From Acholeplasmataceae bacterium (GTDB taxonomy: Bacteria; Bacillota_I; Bacilli_A; ML615J-28; CAG-698): a stretch of DNA of 64,000 bases. Every line of letters begins with the position of its first letter. Position 1 is the stretch's first letter. Under the pieces are notes generated by a model. The model saw only the letters and a program-made list of their open reading frames with translations. It was not told the origin of the DNA and made no database searches. Below are positions 49,565-58,452 of this stretch, piece after piece. The stretch lies in contig DUNF01000054.1 of assembly GCA_012839485.1 (NCBI GenBank), positions 50-64,049 on the forward strand, in the 5' to 3' direction. The translations under genes were made by a program, and so were the position numbers.

Positions 49565-50416
49565 ATGGTTAAAATAAGAAATAAAACTTTAAGTGCTGAA
49601 ATTGCCTTAAAGGGCGCAGAACTTAAAAAACTAGCGAGTTCGATATCTTACATTCACGATTCTAATCCTTTGTATTGGAATAAGTCAGCTCCATTTTTAT
49701 TTCCTATTATTGGAAAATTAAGAGATGGAAAGACAATAATTGATGGTAAAGAATATGGGATTGAAAAACATGGATTTTTAAAAGGAATGGTATTTGATAT
49801 TGTAAGTCAAAAAGAAGATGAAGTAGTTTTAAGAAGTAAGTATAGTAAAGAAACTCTTTTAAGTTATCCTTTTAAATATGAAGTAGATATCAAATTTAAA
49901 GTAAAAGGAATGTCTTTATTAGTTGATATTAAGATTAAGAATGTAGATGATAAAGAAATTGCTTTTAACTTTGGTTGGCATCCAGCATTTAAAATATCTA
50001 AGATAGAAGATTATCGTTTAGTTTTTGAAAAGGAAGAAGATATTAAAAGCCCAAAAGTTCATAGTAATAGTACTTTAGATTTTAATACCATAGTTTATAA
50101 AAACAAAACTAAAGAATTAAAATTAAAAAGAGAGTTGTTTGATATTGATACAATCTTAATCAAAGATGTTAAGTCAAGTTATGTATATTTATTAAACAAA
50201 GAAAATAAAGGAATCAAATTAAGTTTTCCAGATTTTAAGACACTGGCAATTTGGACACCTTTTGATAAAGATGCACCATTTGTTTGTTTAGAACCTTGGT
50301 ATGGAAATAATGATCATTTTGATACTAACTATGATTTCTATACAAAAGATGATTTGATTATTTTAAAACCGGGAAAATGTAAAAAATTTAAGTATCAAAT
50401 AGACTTGATAGAATAG
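49565..50416 (+). CDS. Aldose 1-epimerase family protein (LacX/YihR-like)
   Basis: Mutarotase-like N-terminal pattern (…GAELKKL…YIHDSNPLYWNKSAPFLFPIIG…); 283 aa. Confidence 0.65.
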   Translation: MVKIRNKTLSAEIALKGAELKKLASSISYIHDSNPLYWNKSAPFLFPIIGKLRDGKTIIDGKEYGIEKHGFLKGMVFDIVSQKEDEVVLRSKYSKETLLSYPFKYEVDIKFKVKGMSLLVDIKIKNVDDKEIAFNFGWHPAFKISKIEDYRLVFEKEEDIKSPKVHSNSTLDFNTIVYKNKTKELKLKRELFDIDTILIKDVKSSYVYLLNKENKGIKLSFPDFKTLAIWTPFDKDAPFVCLEPWYGNNDHFDTNYDFYTKDDLIILKPGKCKKFKYQIDLIE

Positions 50417-50462
50417 ACAAGTGCGATGAAATGTAGTATAATAATAAAAATGGGAGGATATT

Positions 50463-51020
50463 ATGGTATCAAGCAATAATTTTAAAACAGGAATGACAAT
50501 AGAATACAAAGGAGATATTTTCCAAATATTAGAGTTCCAACACGTTAAACCGGGTAAAGGCGCTGCTTTTGTAAGAAGTCGTTTAAAGAATCTAAGAACA
50601 GGAGCTATTATTGATTACACATTTAAGAGTGATGAAAGAATGGCTACAGCTCAAATTGATAAAAAAGATATGCAGTATTCATATTCATCTGGTGAATATT
50701 TAGTATTTATGGATACTGAAACTTGGGAGCAATTAGAAATTCCTAAAGAGAGAATGACTAATGAACTATACTATATCAAAGAGGGAGATAAAGTTACGAT
50801 CATTATGTTCCAACACGAAATTTTGGGAATTCAATTACCAGATAAAGTTACCCTAGAAGTTGTTCAAACTCCTCCAGGAGTTCGTGGTGATACAGCAGCT
50901 AACGCAACTAAAGAAGCAACACTAGAGACCGGTTTAGTTATTCAAGTTCCTTTATTTGTAAATGAAGGCGATAAAGTTATAGTTAGTACGGTTGACGGAA
51001 AATATAGCTCAAGGGCTTAA
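50463..51020 (+). CDS. efp: Elongation factor P
   Basis: …HVKPGKGAAFVRSRLKNL… (modified Lys loop). Confidence 0.95.
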   Translation: MVSSNNFKTGMTIEYKGDIFQILEFQHVKPGKGAAFVRSRLKNLRTGAIIDYTFKSDERMATAQIDKKDMQYSYSSGEYLVFMDTETWEQLEIPKERMTNELYYIKEGDKVTIIMFQHEILGIQLPDKVTLEVVQTPPGVRGDTAANATKEATLETGLVIQVPLFVNEGDKVIVSTVDGKYSSRA

Positions 51021-51023
51021 AGT

Positions 51024-51794
51024 ATGGTATTAGCAATTGATATAGGAAATACAAATATTGTTTTAGGACTTTTTGAGAATAATGAGTTGAAAGCTAAATT
51101 TAGAATTCAAACTTCAAAGCTAGAAACTATAGATGGTTATGGTATTAGATGTTATAACTTAATTAACTATGCAGGTTATAAAGTAGAAGATATTGAAGGA
51201 GTTGTTATTTCTTCAGTAGTGCCAGAACTAGATTATACTTTTGAGAATTTAGTAGCGAAGTTTTTCAAACAAAAAGCTTTATTTGTAATTCCAGGAACAA
51301 AAACAGGATTAAAAATAAAATTAGAAAATCCAAAACAATTAGGATCTGATTTAATTGCGGCTGCAGTAGCAGGTATTGAAGAATATACCGTACCTTTAAT
51401 TATGATAGACTTAGGTACTGCCATTACTATCGCAGTTATTAATGACAAAAAAGAGTATTTAGGTGGAGTTATTTATCCAGGTATTAATACTGCTTTTGCT
51501 AGCCTAACTCAAGCAGCAGCTAAGTTAGAATCAGCAAGAATGGAAAAAGTTGATAATGTTATTGGGAGAGATACTGTTTCTTCAATTCAAAGCGGAATGC
51601 TATTTGGTACAGCATCAATGCTTGATGGAATGATTAGAAAGATTAAAGCAAGTTATCCTAATGCTTTAGTTATCTTAAGTGGAGGACATGGCTCTTTAAT
51701 CAAAGAGTATCTAGAAGAAAAAGTAATCTTAGATGATGATGTTGTTTTAAAAGGATTAAATATTATTTATAAAAAAAATAAAAAGGCCTCTTAA
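51024..51794 (+). CDS. coaX: Type III pantothenate kinase
   Basis: MVLAIDIGNTNIVLGLF…; ASKHA fold. Confidence 0.9.
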   Translation: MVLAIDIGNTNIVLGLFENNELKAKFRIQTSKLETIDGYGIRCYNLINYAGYKVEDIEGVVISSVVPELDYTFENLVAKFFKQKALFVIPGTKTGLKIKLENPKQLGSDLIAAAVAGIEEYTVPLIMIDLGTAITIAVINDKKEYLGGVIYPGINTAFASLTQAAAKLESARMEKVDNVIGRDTVSSIQSGMLFGTASMLDGMIRKIKASYPNALVILSGGHGSLIKEYLEEKVILDDDVVLKGLNIIYKKNKKAS

Positions 51795-51808
51795 TTTAAG
51801 AGGCTTTT
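51782..51808 (+). terminator. Intrinsic terminator after coaX
   Basis: AAGGCCTCTT-AATTT-AAGAGGCTTTT (one G-U pair). Confidence 0.75.
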
Positions 51809-51880
51809 GAATATAGGAAGAAAAATAAACAATACAAAAATAATTTGATATATGGTATAATATGAAAAAAGGAGGATTAT

Positions 51881-52288
51881 ATGGATATTTTATTAGAAGC
51901 AAATCTTAGTACTGAGGCCTTAATTATTATTTTAGTTTGCACTATTCCAGTTGCATTTTTAATAATTATGGCAATTATCAATACAGTTCGCCTAACTAAA
52001 AAAAGAAAGGCCATAAGAGAAGCGGCAATTAGCGAGCAACCACTTGATGAAGAACAACAAAAAATCTTTTATGAAGTTTATGGCGGTTTAGAAAATATTA
52101 AAAGTATTCGTAAAGAAGCAAGAAGAGTCATTGTTCAAGTAAGTGATCTTGATAAAGTGAATTTAGAAAAATTGCCTGAACTTGGTGCTACTGGCGTTTT
52201 AGTTGTAGCTGATGAAGTTAGAGCAAGTTTTTCTGATCGTGCTGATTATGTTTATAATTTAATTAAAATTGAAGCTGAGGAGAAATAA
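51881..52288 (+). CDS. Membrane-anchored protein with a PTS EIIB(Glc)-like domain in which the catalytic Cys is replaced by Glu
   Basis: N-terminal TM helix. YGGLENIKSIRKEARRVIVQVSDLDKVNLEKLPELGATGVL aligns with the EIIB pattern lGGkeNI…CaTRLR…D…kv…l…lGv.GV; the Cys position is Glu. Confidence 0.35.
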   Translation: MDILLEANLSTEALIIILVCTIPVAFLIIMAIINTVRLTKKRKAIREAAISEQPLDEEQQKIFYEVYGGLENIKSIRKEARRVIVQVSDLDKVNLEKLPELGATGVLVVADEVRASFSDRADYVYNLIKIEAEEK

Positions 52289-52289
52289 G

Positions 52290-54266
52290 ATGGCAAATAA
52301 AAAAATTGACAATTTAGCAATTGCTAATTTAAGAGTTTTAGCAATCGAAGCAATTAATGAAGCTAGATCAGGACATCCTGGTATTGCTTTAGGAGCAGCT
52401 CCTATATTACATAACTTATATCGTTATCATTTAAAGGTAGATCCAAAGAATAGTAACTGGTTTAATCGTGATCGTTTTGTAATGTCAGCAGGACATGGCT
52501 CATCAATTTTATATGCAACACTTGCTTTAGCAGGGTATAAGATATCATTAAAAGATTTAAAGAACTTTCGTCAATTAGATTCGCCCACTCCAGGACATCC
52601 AGAAGTAGATATTACTGACGGAGTTGATGTTTCAACTGGTCCTTTAGGTCAAGGAATTGGTATGGCAGTTGGTTTAGCAATGGCTGAAAGTCATTTAGCT
52701 AAAGTCTTTAATAAAGAAGATGTTAGAATTGTTGATCATTATACATATTGTTTGTGTGGCGATGGAGACTTACAAGAAGGAGTTGCTTTAGAAGCCTTAA
52801 GTTTTGCAGGGCATAATAAGCTAGAAAAATTAATTATTTTATTTGATTCTAATGATATTCAATTAGATGGGCCAACTAAAGATATCGTTTCTTTTGATTT
52901 TAAAGAATATGTGGAATCTTTAGGCTTTGCTTATTATCTTGTAAAAGATGGAGAAAACTTAAGTGAACTAAATAATGTTTTAGAAAAAGCTAAACAAAGC
53001 GATAAGCCAAACTTTATTGAAGTTAAAACTAAAATTGGTTATGGTTCTAGTTTAGAAGGACAAAATAAAGTTCACGGCTCTCCACTCCCAAGTGAAGAAG
53101 TAGCATCTTTTAGAGCTAAACTTGGAGGTGAAGCTTTTACTGTATTAAAGGAAGTAGAAAATTTATATAAAGATTTAGAAGAAATTGCAAGTAGTAGATA
53201 TCTAATTTGGGAAAAAGAATTAAAAGCTTATAGTAAAAAATATCCAGAAGAATATAAAAATTTTAAAAAAGTTTTGAATAAAGACTATAAAGTTGACTTT
53301 AGTAAACTTTCTACTTATGAAGATAAAGTATCTGCTACAAGAAGTTTAAATCAAGATGTAATGAATGAAATTTTTATGCAACTACCAACATTATTTGGTG
53401 GTGCTGCAGATTTAGCTTCTTCTACAAAAGCCTCTCTTAATAGTAATTATTATTCTAAAGATAATAAAGAGGGATCTAATATTAGATTTGGGGTTAGAGA
53501 ACATGCAATGGGAGCAATTGCTAATGGTATTAGTTTACATAGTGGCTTAATCGGCTTTGCCTCTACATTCTTTGTTTTCTCTGATTATTTAAAGCCCGCT
53601 ATTCGCTTATCGGCTTTAATGGAAAATCAAGTATTATATATCTTTAGTCATGATTCTTTAGCAGTAGGAGAAGATGGTCCTACTCATCAACCAATTGAAC
53701 AGTTAACGATGTTACGTAGTATTCCTAATTTAAACGTCTTTCGTCCAGCTGATGGTAATGAGTTAATAGCTTGTTGGGAGAAAGCTTTAAGTGATAAAAA
53801 TAAACCTAGTGTTTTTGTTCTTACTAGACAAAACGTACCAACAGTAACTAAAAAGGTGCAAATTAAAGATGCTTTCAAAGGTGGATATGTTTTAGAAAAA
53901 GAAAAAGCAAAGTTAGATGGGATTATCGTAACTTCTGGTTCTGAATGTAAGTTAGCTTTAGATGTGAAAAATGAATTATTAAAGATGGGAATTGATGTAA
54001 GAGTATGTTCATTACCTTCGATTAATGTTTTTTTAAGTCAAGGTGAAGAATATGTGAATAAAGTAATTCCTAACTCTAAGAACATCATGGCTTTAGAAAT
54101 GAGTGAAGCTATGCATTTAGCTCAGTTTATTAATAGAACAGGTGTTTTATACAATGTAAATAAATTTGGCGTAAGTGGTAGGCCAGTTGATGTATTAAAA
54201 AGATATGGTTTTACTTTAGAAGACATAAAGCTTAAATTTATTGAAATGTATGAGAAAAATAAATAA
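52290..54266 (+). CDS. tkt: Transketolase
   Basis: ThDP-binding motifs (…GHPG…, GDGDLQEG) and Pyr and C-terminal domains. RBS GAGGAG. Confidence 0.95.
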   Translation: MANKKIDNLAIANLRVLAIEAINEARSGHPGIALGAAPILHNLYRYHLKVDPKNSNWFNRDRFVMSAGHGSSILYATLALAGYKISLKDLKNFRQLDSPTPGHPEVDITDGVDVSTGPLGQGIGMAVGLAMAESHLAKVFNKEDVRIVDHYTYCLCGDGDLQEGVALEALSFAGHNKLEKLIILFDSNDIQLDGPTKDIVSFDFKEYVESLGFAYYLVKDGENLSELNNVLEKAKQSDKPNFIEVKTKIGYGSSLEGQNKVHGSPLPSEEVASFRAKLGGEAFTVLKEVENLYKDLEEIASSRYLIWEKELKAYSKKYPEEYKNFKKVLNKDYKVDFSKLSTYEDKVSATRSLNQDVMNEIFMQLPTLFGGAADLASSTKASLNSNYYSKDNKEGSNIRFGVREHAMGAIANGISLHSGLIGFASTFFVFSDYLKPAIRLSALMENQVLYIFSHDSLAVGEDGPTHQPIEQLTMLRSIPNLNVFRPADGNELIACWEKALSDKNKPSVFVLTRQNVPTVTKKVQIKDAFKGGYVLEKEKAKLDGIIVTSGSECKLALDVKNELLKMGIDVRVCSLPSINVFLSQGEEYVNKVIPNSKNIMALEMSEAMHLAQFINRTGVLYNVNKFGVSGRPVDVLKRYGFTLEDIKLKFIEMYEKNK

Positions 54267-54334
54267 TTACTATAAATTTAATTATAGGAAAACAAAAATA
54301 TAAATGTTATAATATACGAAATTGAGGTGTTAAA

Positions 54335-55690
54335 ATGGAAATTACAAACGCAGTTAAAAAGAATGAAAATAAACTAATTAAATCGATACAAGAATTAATT
54401 CAAATTAATAGCGTCAAAAATGCAACACCTGTTACTGTAGATGCTCCTTTTGGTAAAGGAGTAAAAGATTCTTTACTTTATGTTTTAAAGTTAGGAAAAG
54501 AAATGGGTTTTCAAACTAAACTTGTAGATAATGTAGCAGGACATATTGACTTTGGTTCTGGTGAAGAAACAATTGCTGTTTTAGGTCATGTTGATGTTGT
54601 GCCAGTAACTGGAGATTGGATATATCCTCCTTTTTCAGGTAAGTTAGTTGATGGAAAAATTTATGGTCGTGGTGCTTTAGACGATAAAGGACCAGTTGTT
54701 TGCGCTCTATATGCAATGAAAACCTTAAAAGATATCGGTTTTGTACCTAAAAAGAAAGTTAGATTAATTATTGGTACTGATGAAGAATCAGGAATGGAAT
54801 GCATGAGAAGGTATGCTAAGTTAGAGAAACTTCCTGAAGTAGGTTTTTCACCTGATGCATCATTTCCAGTAATTTATGGGGAAAAAGGAATTATGTCTAT
54901 TGATTTAATTTCTAATTATGTAGGTGATGAAATTGTGTCTTTTGAAGCTGGAGATCGTTATAATGTGGTTCCTGACAAAGCTGAAGCTTTGATTAAGAAA
55001 AATTTAGAAGCTGAGTTTTTGAATTATTTAGAGGAAAATGAACTTAAAGGTGAATTTAGTAAAGAAAATAATTTATATAAATTAACTGTTTATGGTAAAA
55101 CAGCTCATGGTAGTGCTCCACACTTAGGAGTAAATGCTGCAATTAAACTTGCTTGTTTCTTAAGTGATTACTTAACAAACCCGGTTGTAAACTTTGTAAG
55201 TGATAAAATGATTGATCCATATTTTAGGGGAATGGGTTTAGATTATCAAAATGAGAAAATGGGACATCTAACAGTAAACTTAGCTAAAATTGAAATTAAT
55301 CCCAAAGGAAATAAAATTGGTTTAAATTTAAGATATCCTATTGATTTTCCAAAAGAAGAATTCTTAAAAAAACTTCATTTAGAGATTAGCGAATATGGCT
55401 TTAAGTTTGAAGTTTTAAGTGATAGTGTTCCTCATTATGTAGATCCAGAGGAAGATTTAGTTCAAATACTTTATAACTCGTATAAGAAATATTCTAAAGA
55501 TGAAAAGAATAAACCTTATACAATTGGTGGGGGAACTTATGCGAGAATTTTAAAGAAAGGTGTTTCTTTTGGACCAACGTTTCCTCATACAATAGCGCAT
55601 ATTCATGAACCTAACGAATATATAACAGTTGAAGACGCACTTCTTGGGACAATTATTTACGCCGATGCAATTAAGGAGCTAAGTAAATAG
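54335..55690 (+). CDS. pepV: M20-family dipeptidase (PepV/Sapep-like)
   Basis: …HVDVVPV…, GRGALDDKGP and a C-terminal lid domain. Confidence 0.8.
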   Translation: MEITNAVKKNENKLIKSIQELIQINSVKNATPVTVDAPFGKGVKDSLLYVLKLGKEMGFQTKLVDNVAGHIDFGSGEETIAVLGHVDVVPVTGDWIYPPFSGKLVDGKIYGRGALDDKGPVVCALYAMKTLKDIGFVPKKKVRLIIGTDEESGMECMRRYAKLEKLPEVGFSPDASFPVIYGEKGIMSIDLISNYVGDEIVSFEAGDRYNVVPDKAEALIKKNLEAEFLNYLEENELKGEFSKENNLYKLTVYGKTAHGSAPHLGVNAAIKLACFLSDYLTNPVVNFVSDKMIDPYFRGMGLDYQNEKMGHLTVNLAKIEINPKGNKIGLNLRYPIDFPKEEFLKKLHLEISEYGFKFEVLSDSVPHYVDPEEDLVQILYNSYKKYSKDEKNKPYTIGGGTYARILKKGVSFGPTFPHTIAHIHEPNEYITVEDALLGTIIYADAIKELSK

Positions 55691-55691
55691 T

Positions 55692-56321
55692 GTGCGAGTT
55701 AAAAATATTAAAGATGCAGATATCAAACTCTTAGAATATAAAGATTATTATTTAGAAAAATCTAATGAATATAAAGGAAAATGGAAAGAACTTTTTAAAA
55801 ATAATAATCCCATTCATTTAGAGATTGGGATGGGTAAGGGAAAGTTTTTAAAAGAAAGTGCCAAGTTAAATCCTAATATTAATTATATTGGAATTGAAAA
55901 ATCAAGCACTATTCTTTTAAAAGCAGTAAGAATGATTAGTGAAACTAAACTTAAGAATATTTATTTATTAAATATTGATGCAAGTAATTTATTAGATTAT
56001 TTTGCTAGTTCAGAAATAGCGCATATCTATTTGAATTTTTCTGACCCTTGGCCTAAAGATAGACATGCAAAAAGAAGATTAACTGCTCCATCTTTTTTAA
56101 GAAAATATCAAGATATTTTAGTAAATAATGGAGTTATTGAAATAAAGACAGATAATGAAAATTTATTTAATTATAGTTTAGAAACATTAGAAGAAGCTAA
56201 GTTTCTAATTAAAGAACAAAGTAGTAATTTTGATTCAAAAAAAAGAAATATAGTTGAAACAGAATATGAACAAAAATTTAAAGAAAGTAATAAAGCAATA
56301 TATTATATAAAGGTGGTAAAA
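55692..56321 (+). CDS. trmB: tRNA (guanine46-N7)-methyltransferase TrmB, reading in-frame into the next gene with no stop codon
   Basis: GTG start. Colinear with B. subtilis TrmB along its length (…NPIHLEIGMGKGKF…NYIGIE…LNFSDPWPKDRHAKRRL…). The frame continues into the ATG at 56322. Confidence 0.85.
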
Positions 56322-57383
56322 ATGACAGCTAAAAAGAGAATGAAATTATATGAAGACTTAGCTAATTTGCATGGTCCAAGTGGCGATGAAGGGCAGGTTA
56401 GAGATTATTTATTAAAAGCATATAGAGCAGAAGCAGATGAAATTCTACGAGATGGATTAGGCTCTGTTTTTGGTATGAAAAAAGGTAAAGAAGGTGAACC
56501 AGTAATTATGATTGCTGGCCATATGGATGAAGTTGGAGGTATGGTAACTCGACTTCAAGAAAATGGTTTTGTGAAGTTTATTAATATAGGTGGTGTTGTT
56601 CCTCATGTTTGGGTATCACAAAATGTAGTGATTCAAACAGCTAAAGGCAAAGTTAAAGGCGTAGTTGGTTCTGTACCACCTCATATGGGTGCCGCTGGTG
56701 AAATTACAATGGAAAGTTTATTTATCGATGTTGGTGCTGAATCAAAAAAGGATTTAGAAAAATATGGAATTAAACCAGGAGATTTCTTAACTTTTGAAAA
56801 TGATTATTATGTAACTAAAAACAAAAACAGAATTGTATCTAAAGCATGGGATAATCGTTTTGGTACGGGAATGGCTTTAGAAGTATTTAGGGAACTTAAA
56901 AATATAGAACATCCTAATACTGTAATTTGTGGGGCCACAGTTCAAGAAGAAGTTGGGTTAAGAGGCGCTAAGACATCATCACAAATGGTAAAACCAGACT
57001 TGTTTATCGCAATTGATGTTTCGCCAGTTGGTGATGCTACACCAGGACCAGGAGATTCTTTTGGTAAATTAAATGGTGGCTTTTTAATTAGATTTTATGA
57101 TCCAGGTAATATTATGAATCCAAAGATGCTTGAGTATGTAGAGGGATTGGCTAAGAAACATAAGATTGATTATCAATTTTTCCTATCAAAAGGTGGCACT
57201 GATGCAGCTATTGCTCAATATGCAGGTAGTGGTTGTTTTAGTATTACAATTGGGTTGCCAGGAAGATATATTCATTCTAATACATCAATGATTGATGTTA
57301 GAGATGTAGAGGCGGTAAAGGCAATTGTTTTAGAAATTATTAAAGATTTTAGTAAAGAAAGATTACTTGAATTAAAACAGTGA
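56322..57383 (+). CDS. M42-family glutamyl aminopeptidase (YsdC/PepA-like)
   Basis: MTAKKRMKLYEDLANLHGPSGDEGQVRDYL…IAGHMDEVG… matches B. subtilis YsdC along its length. AAGGTGG lies 5 nt upstream. Confidence 0.85.
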   Translation: MTAKKRMKLYEDLANLHGPSGDEGQVRDYLLKAYRAEADEILRDGLGSVFGMKKGKEGEPVIMIAGHMDEVGGMVTRLQENGFVKFINIGGVVPHVWVSQNVVIQTAKGKVKGVVGSVPPHMGAAGEITMESLFIDVGAESKKDLEKYGIKPGDFLTFENDYYVTKNKNRIVSKAWDNRFGTGMALEVFRELKNIEHPNTVICGATVQEEVGLRGAKTSSQMVKPDLFIAIDVSPVGDATPGPGDSFGKLNGGFLIRFYDPGNIMNPKMLEYVEGLAKKHKIDYQFFLSKGGTDAAIAQYAGSGCFSITIGLPGRYIHSNTSMIDVRDVEAVKAIVLEIIKDFSKERLLELKQ

Positions 57384-57895
57384 AAATATATATCGCTAGC
57401 CAAAATAAAACAAAAGTAGAAGCAGTAAAATTAGTTTTTAAAGAAGCTTCAGTTATTGCTTTGAAAACAGATAGTAAGGTATCTGACCAACCTAAAAGTG
57501 AAAAAGAAACGATGTTAGGTGCTTATAACAGAGCTAAATCATTACCAAAAGACGGATTAAGAATTGGTTTAGAGGCTGGTGTTAGTTTAGAAGAAGATAT
57601 CTTATTTCTAATTAATTGGGGAGTTTTAATTGATCAAGATGATAATGTTTATCTTGCATCAGGCACTAAAATTCCTTTACCTAAGTTTATTTATGATGAG
57701 ATTTATAATCAAGATAAAGAATTAGCAGATATTATGAATTATCATTATAACAAAGAAGAAATAAATACTAAGGAAGGTGCGATTGGTATTTTTACCAACG
57801 ATAATGTTCAAAGAGTTGAAATATTTATTCATATAGTTAAACTATTAAAAGGACAATATGAAACTAAAAATTATATAGGGAGGATTAATAAATGA
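57380..57895 (+). CDS. Non-canonical purine NTP phosphatase (YjjX/DUF84 inosine-xanthosine triphosphatase-like)
   Basis: …IASQNKTKVEAVK… and …SDQPKSEKETMLGAYNRA… resemble YjjX motifs. Confidence 0.6.
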   Translation: MKIYIASQNKTKVEAVKLVFKEASVIALKTDSKVSDQPKSEKETMLGAYNRAKSLPKDGLRIGLEAGVSLEEDILFLINWGVLIDQDDNVYLASGTKIPLPKFIYDEIYNQDKELADIMNYHYNKEEINTKEGAIGIFTNDNVQRVEIFIHIVKLLKGQYETKNYIGRINK

Positions 57896-58443
57896 AAGGA
57901 TTAATTTTATTAGCAAATGGTTTTGAAGAAGCTGAAGCAATTATAACAATTGATATTTTACGCAGAGCTAAATTAGAAGTGACTTTAGCAAGTGTAGGAT
58001 TAGATTTAACTGTTACTTCAAGCCATAACATTCAAGTATTGGCTGATACAAGATTAAGTGATGTAATTAGCGAAGAATATGGTTTTTTAATAATCCCTGG
58101 TGGTTTAAAATCAGTACTGACTTTTCATTCTAGTTCATTAGTTAGTGAGATTGTGGAAGAGTTTGTTTTAAATCAAAAAATTATTGGTGCTATTTGTGCT
58201 GGTCCAACTGTTTTAAGTAGACTAGGATTATTAAAAGGAAAGAAGTTTACTTGTTTTCCTGGTTTAGATGAATATCTAAAGAGTGGAGCATACCATCCAG
58301 AAAAGGAAGTTATTGTTGCAAACAACATTATTACTGCTAGAGCAATGGCTTATACAATTGAATTTGCTTTAGAAATTGTGAAAAAAATATCAGGAAAAGA
58401 CGAAGCAAAAAGAATAGAAAAAGCAATTACTGGCATGAGATAG
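57892..58443 (+). CDS. DJ-1/PfpI-family protein
   Basis: …GAICAGPTVL… nucleophile-elbow Cys; 183 aa. Confidence 0.8.
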   Translation: MKGLILLANGFEEAEAIITIDILRRAKLEVTLASVGLDLTVTSSHNIQVLADTRLSDVISEEYGFLIIPGGLKSVLTFHSSSLVSEIVEEFVLNQKIIGAICAGPTVLSRLGLLKGKKFTCFPGLDEYLKSGAYHPEKEVIVANNIITARAMAYTIEFALEIVKKISGKDEAKRIEKAITGMR

Positions 58444-58452
58444 GAGGCTATT

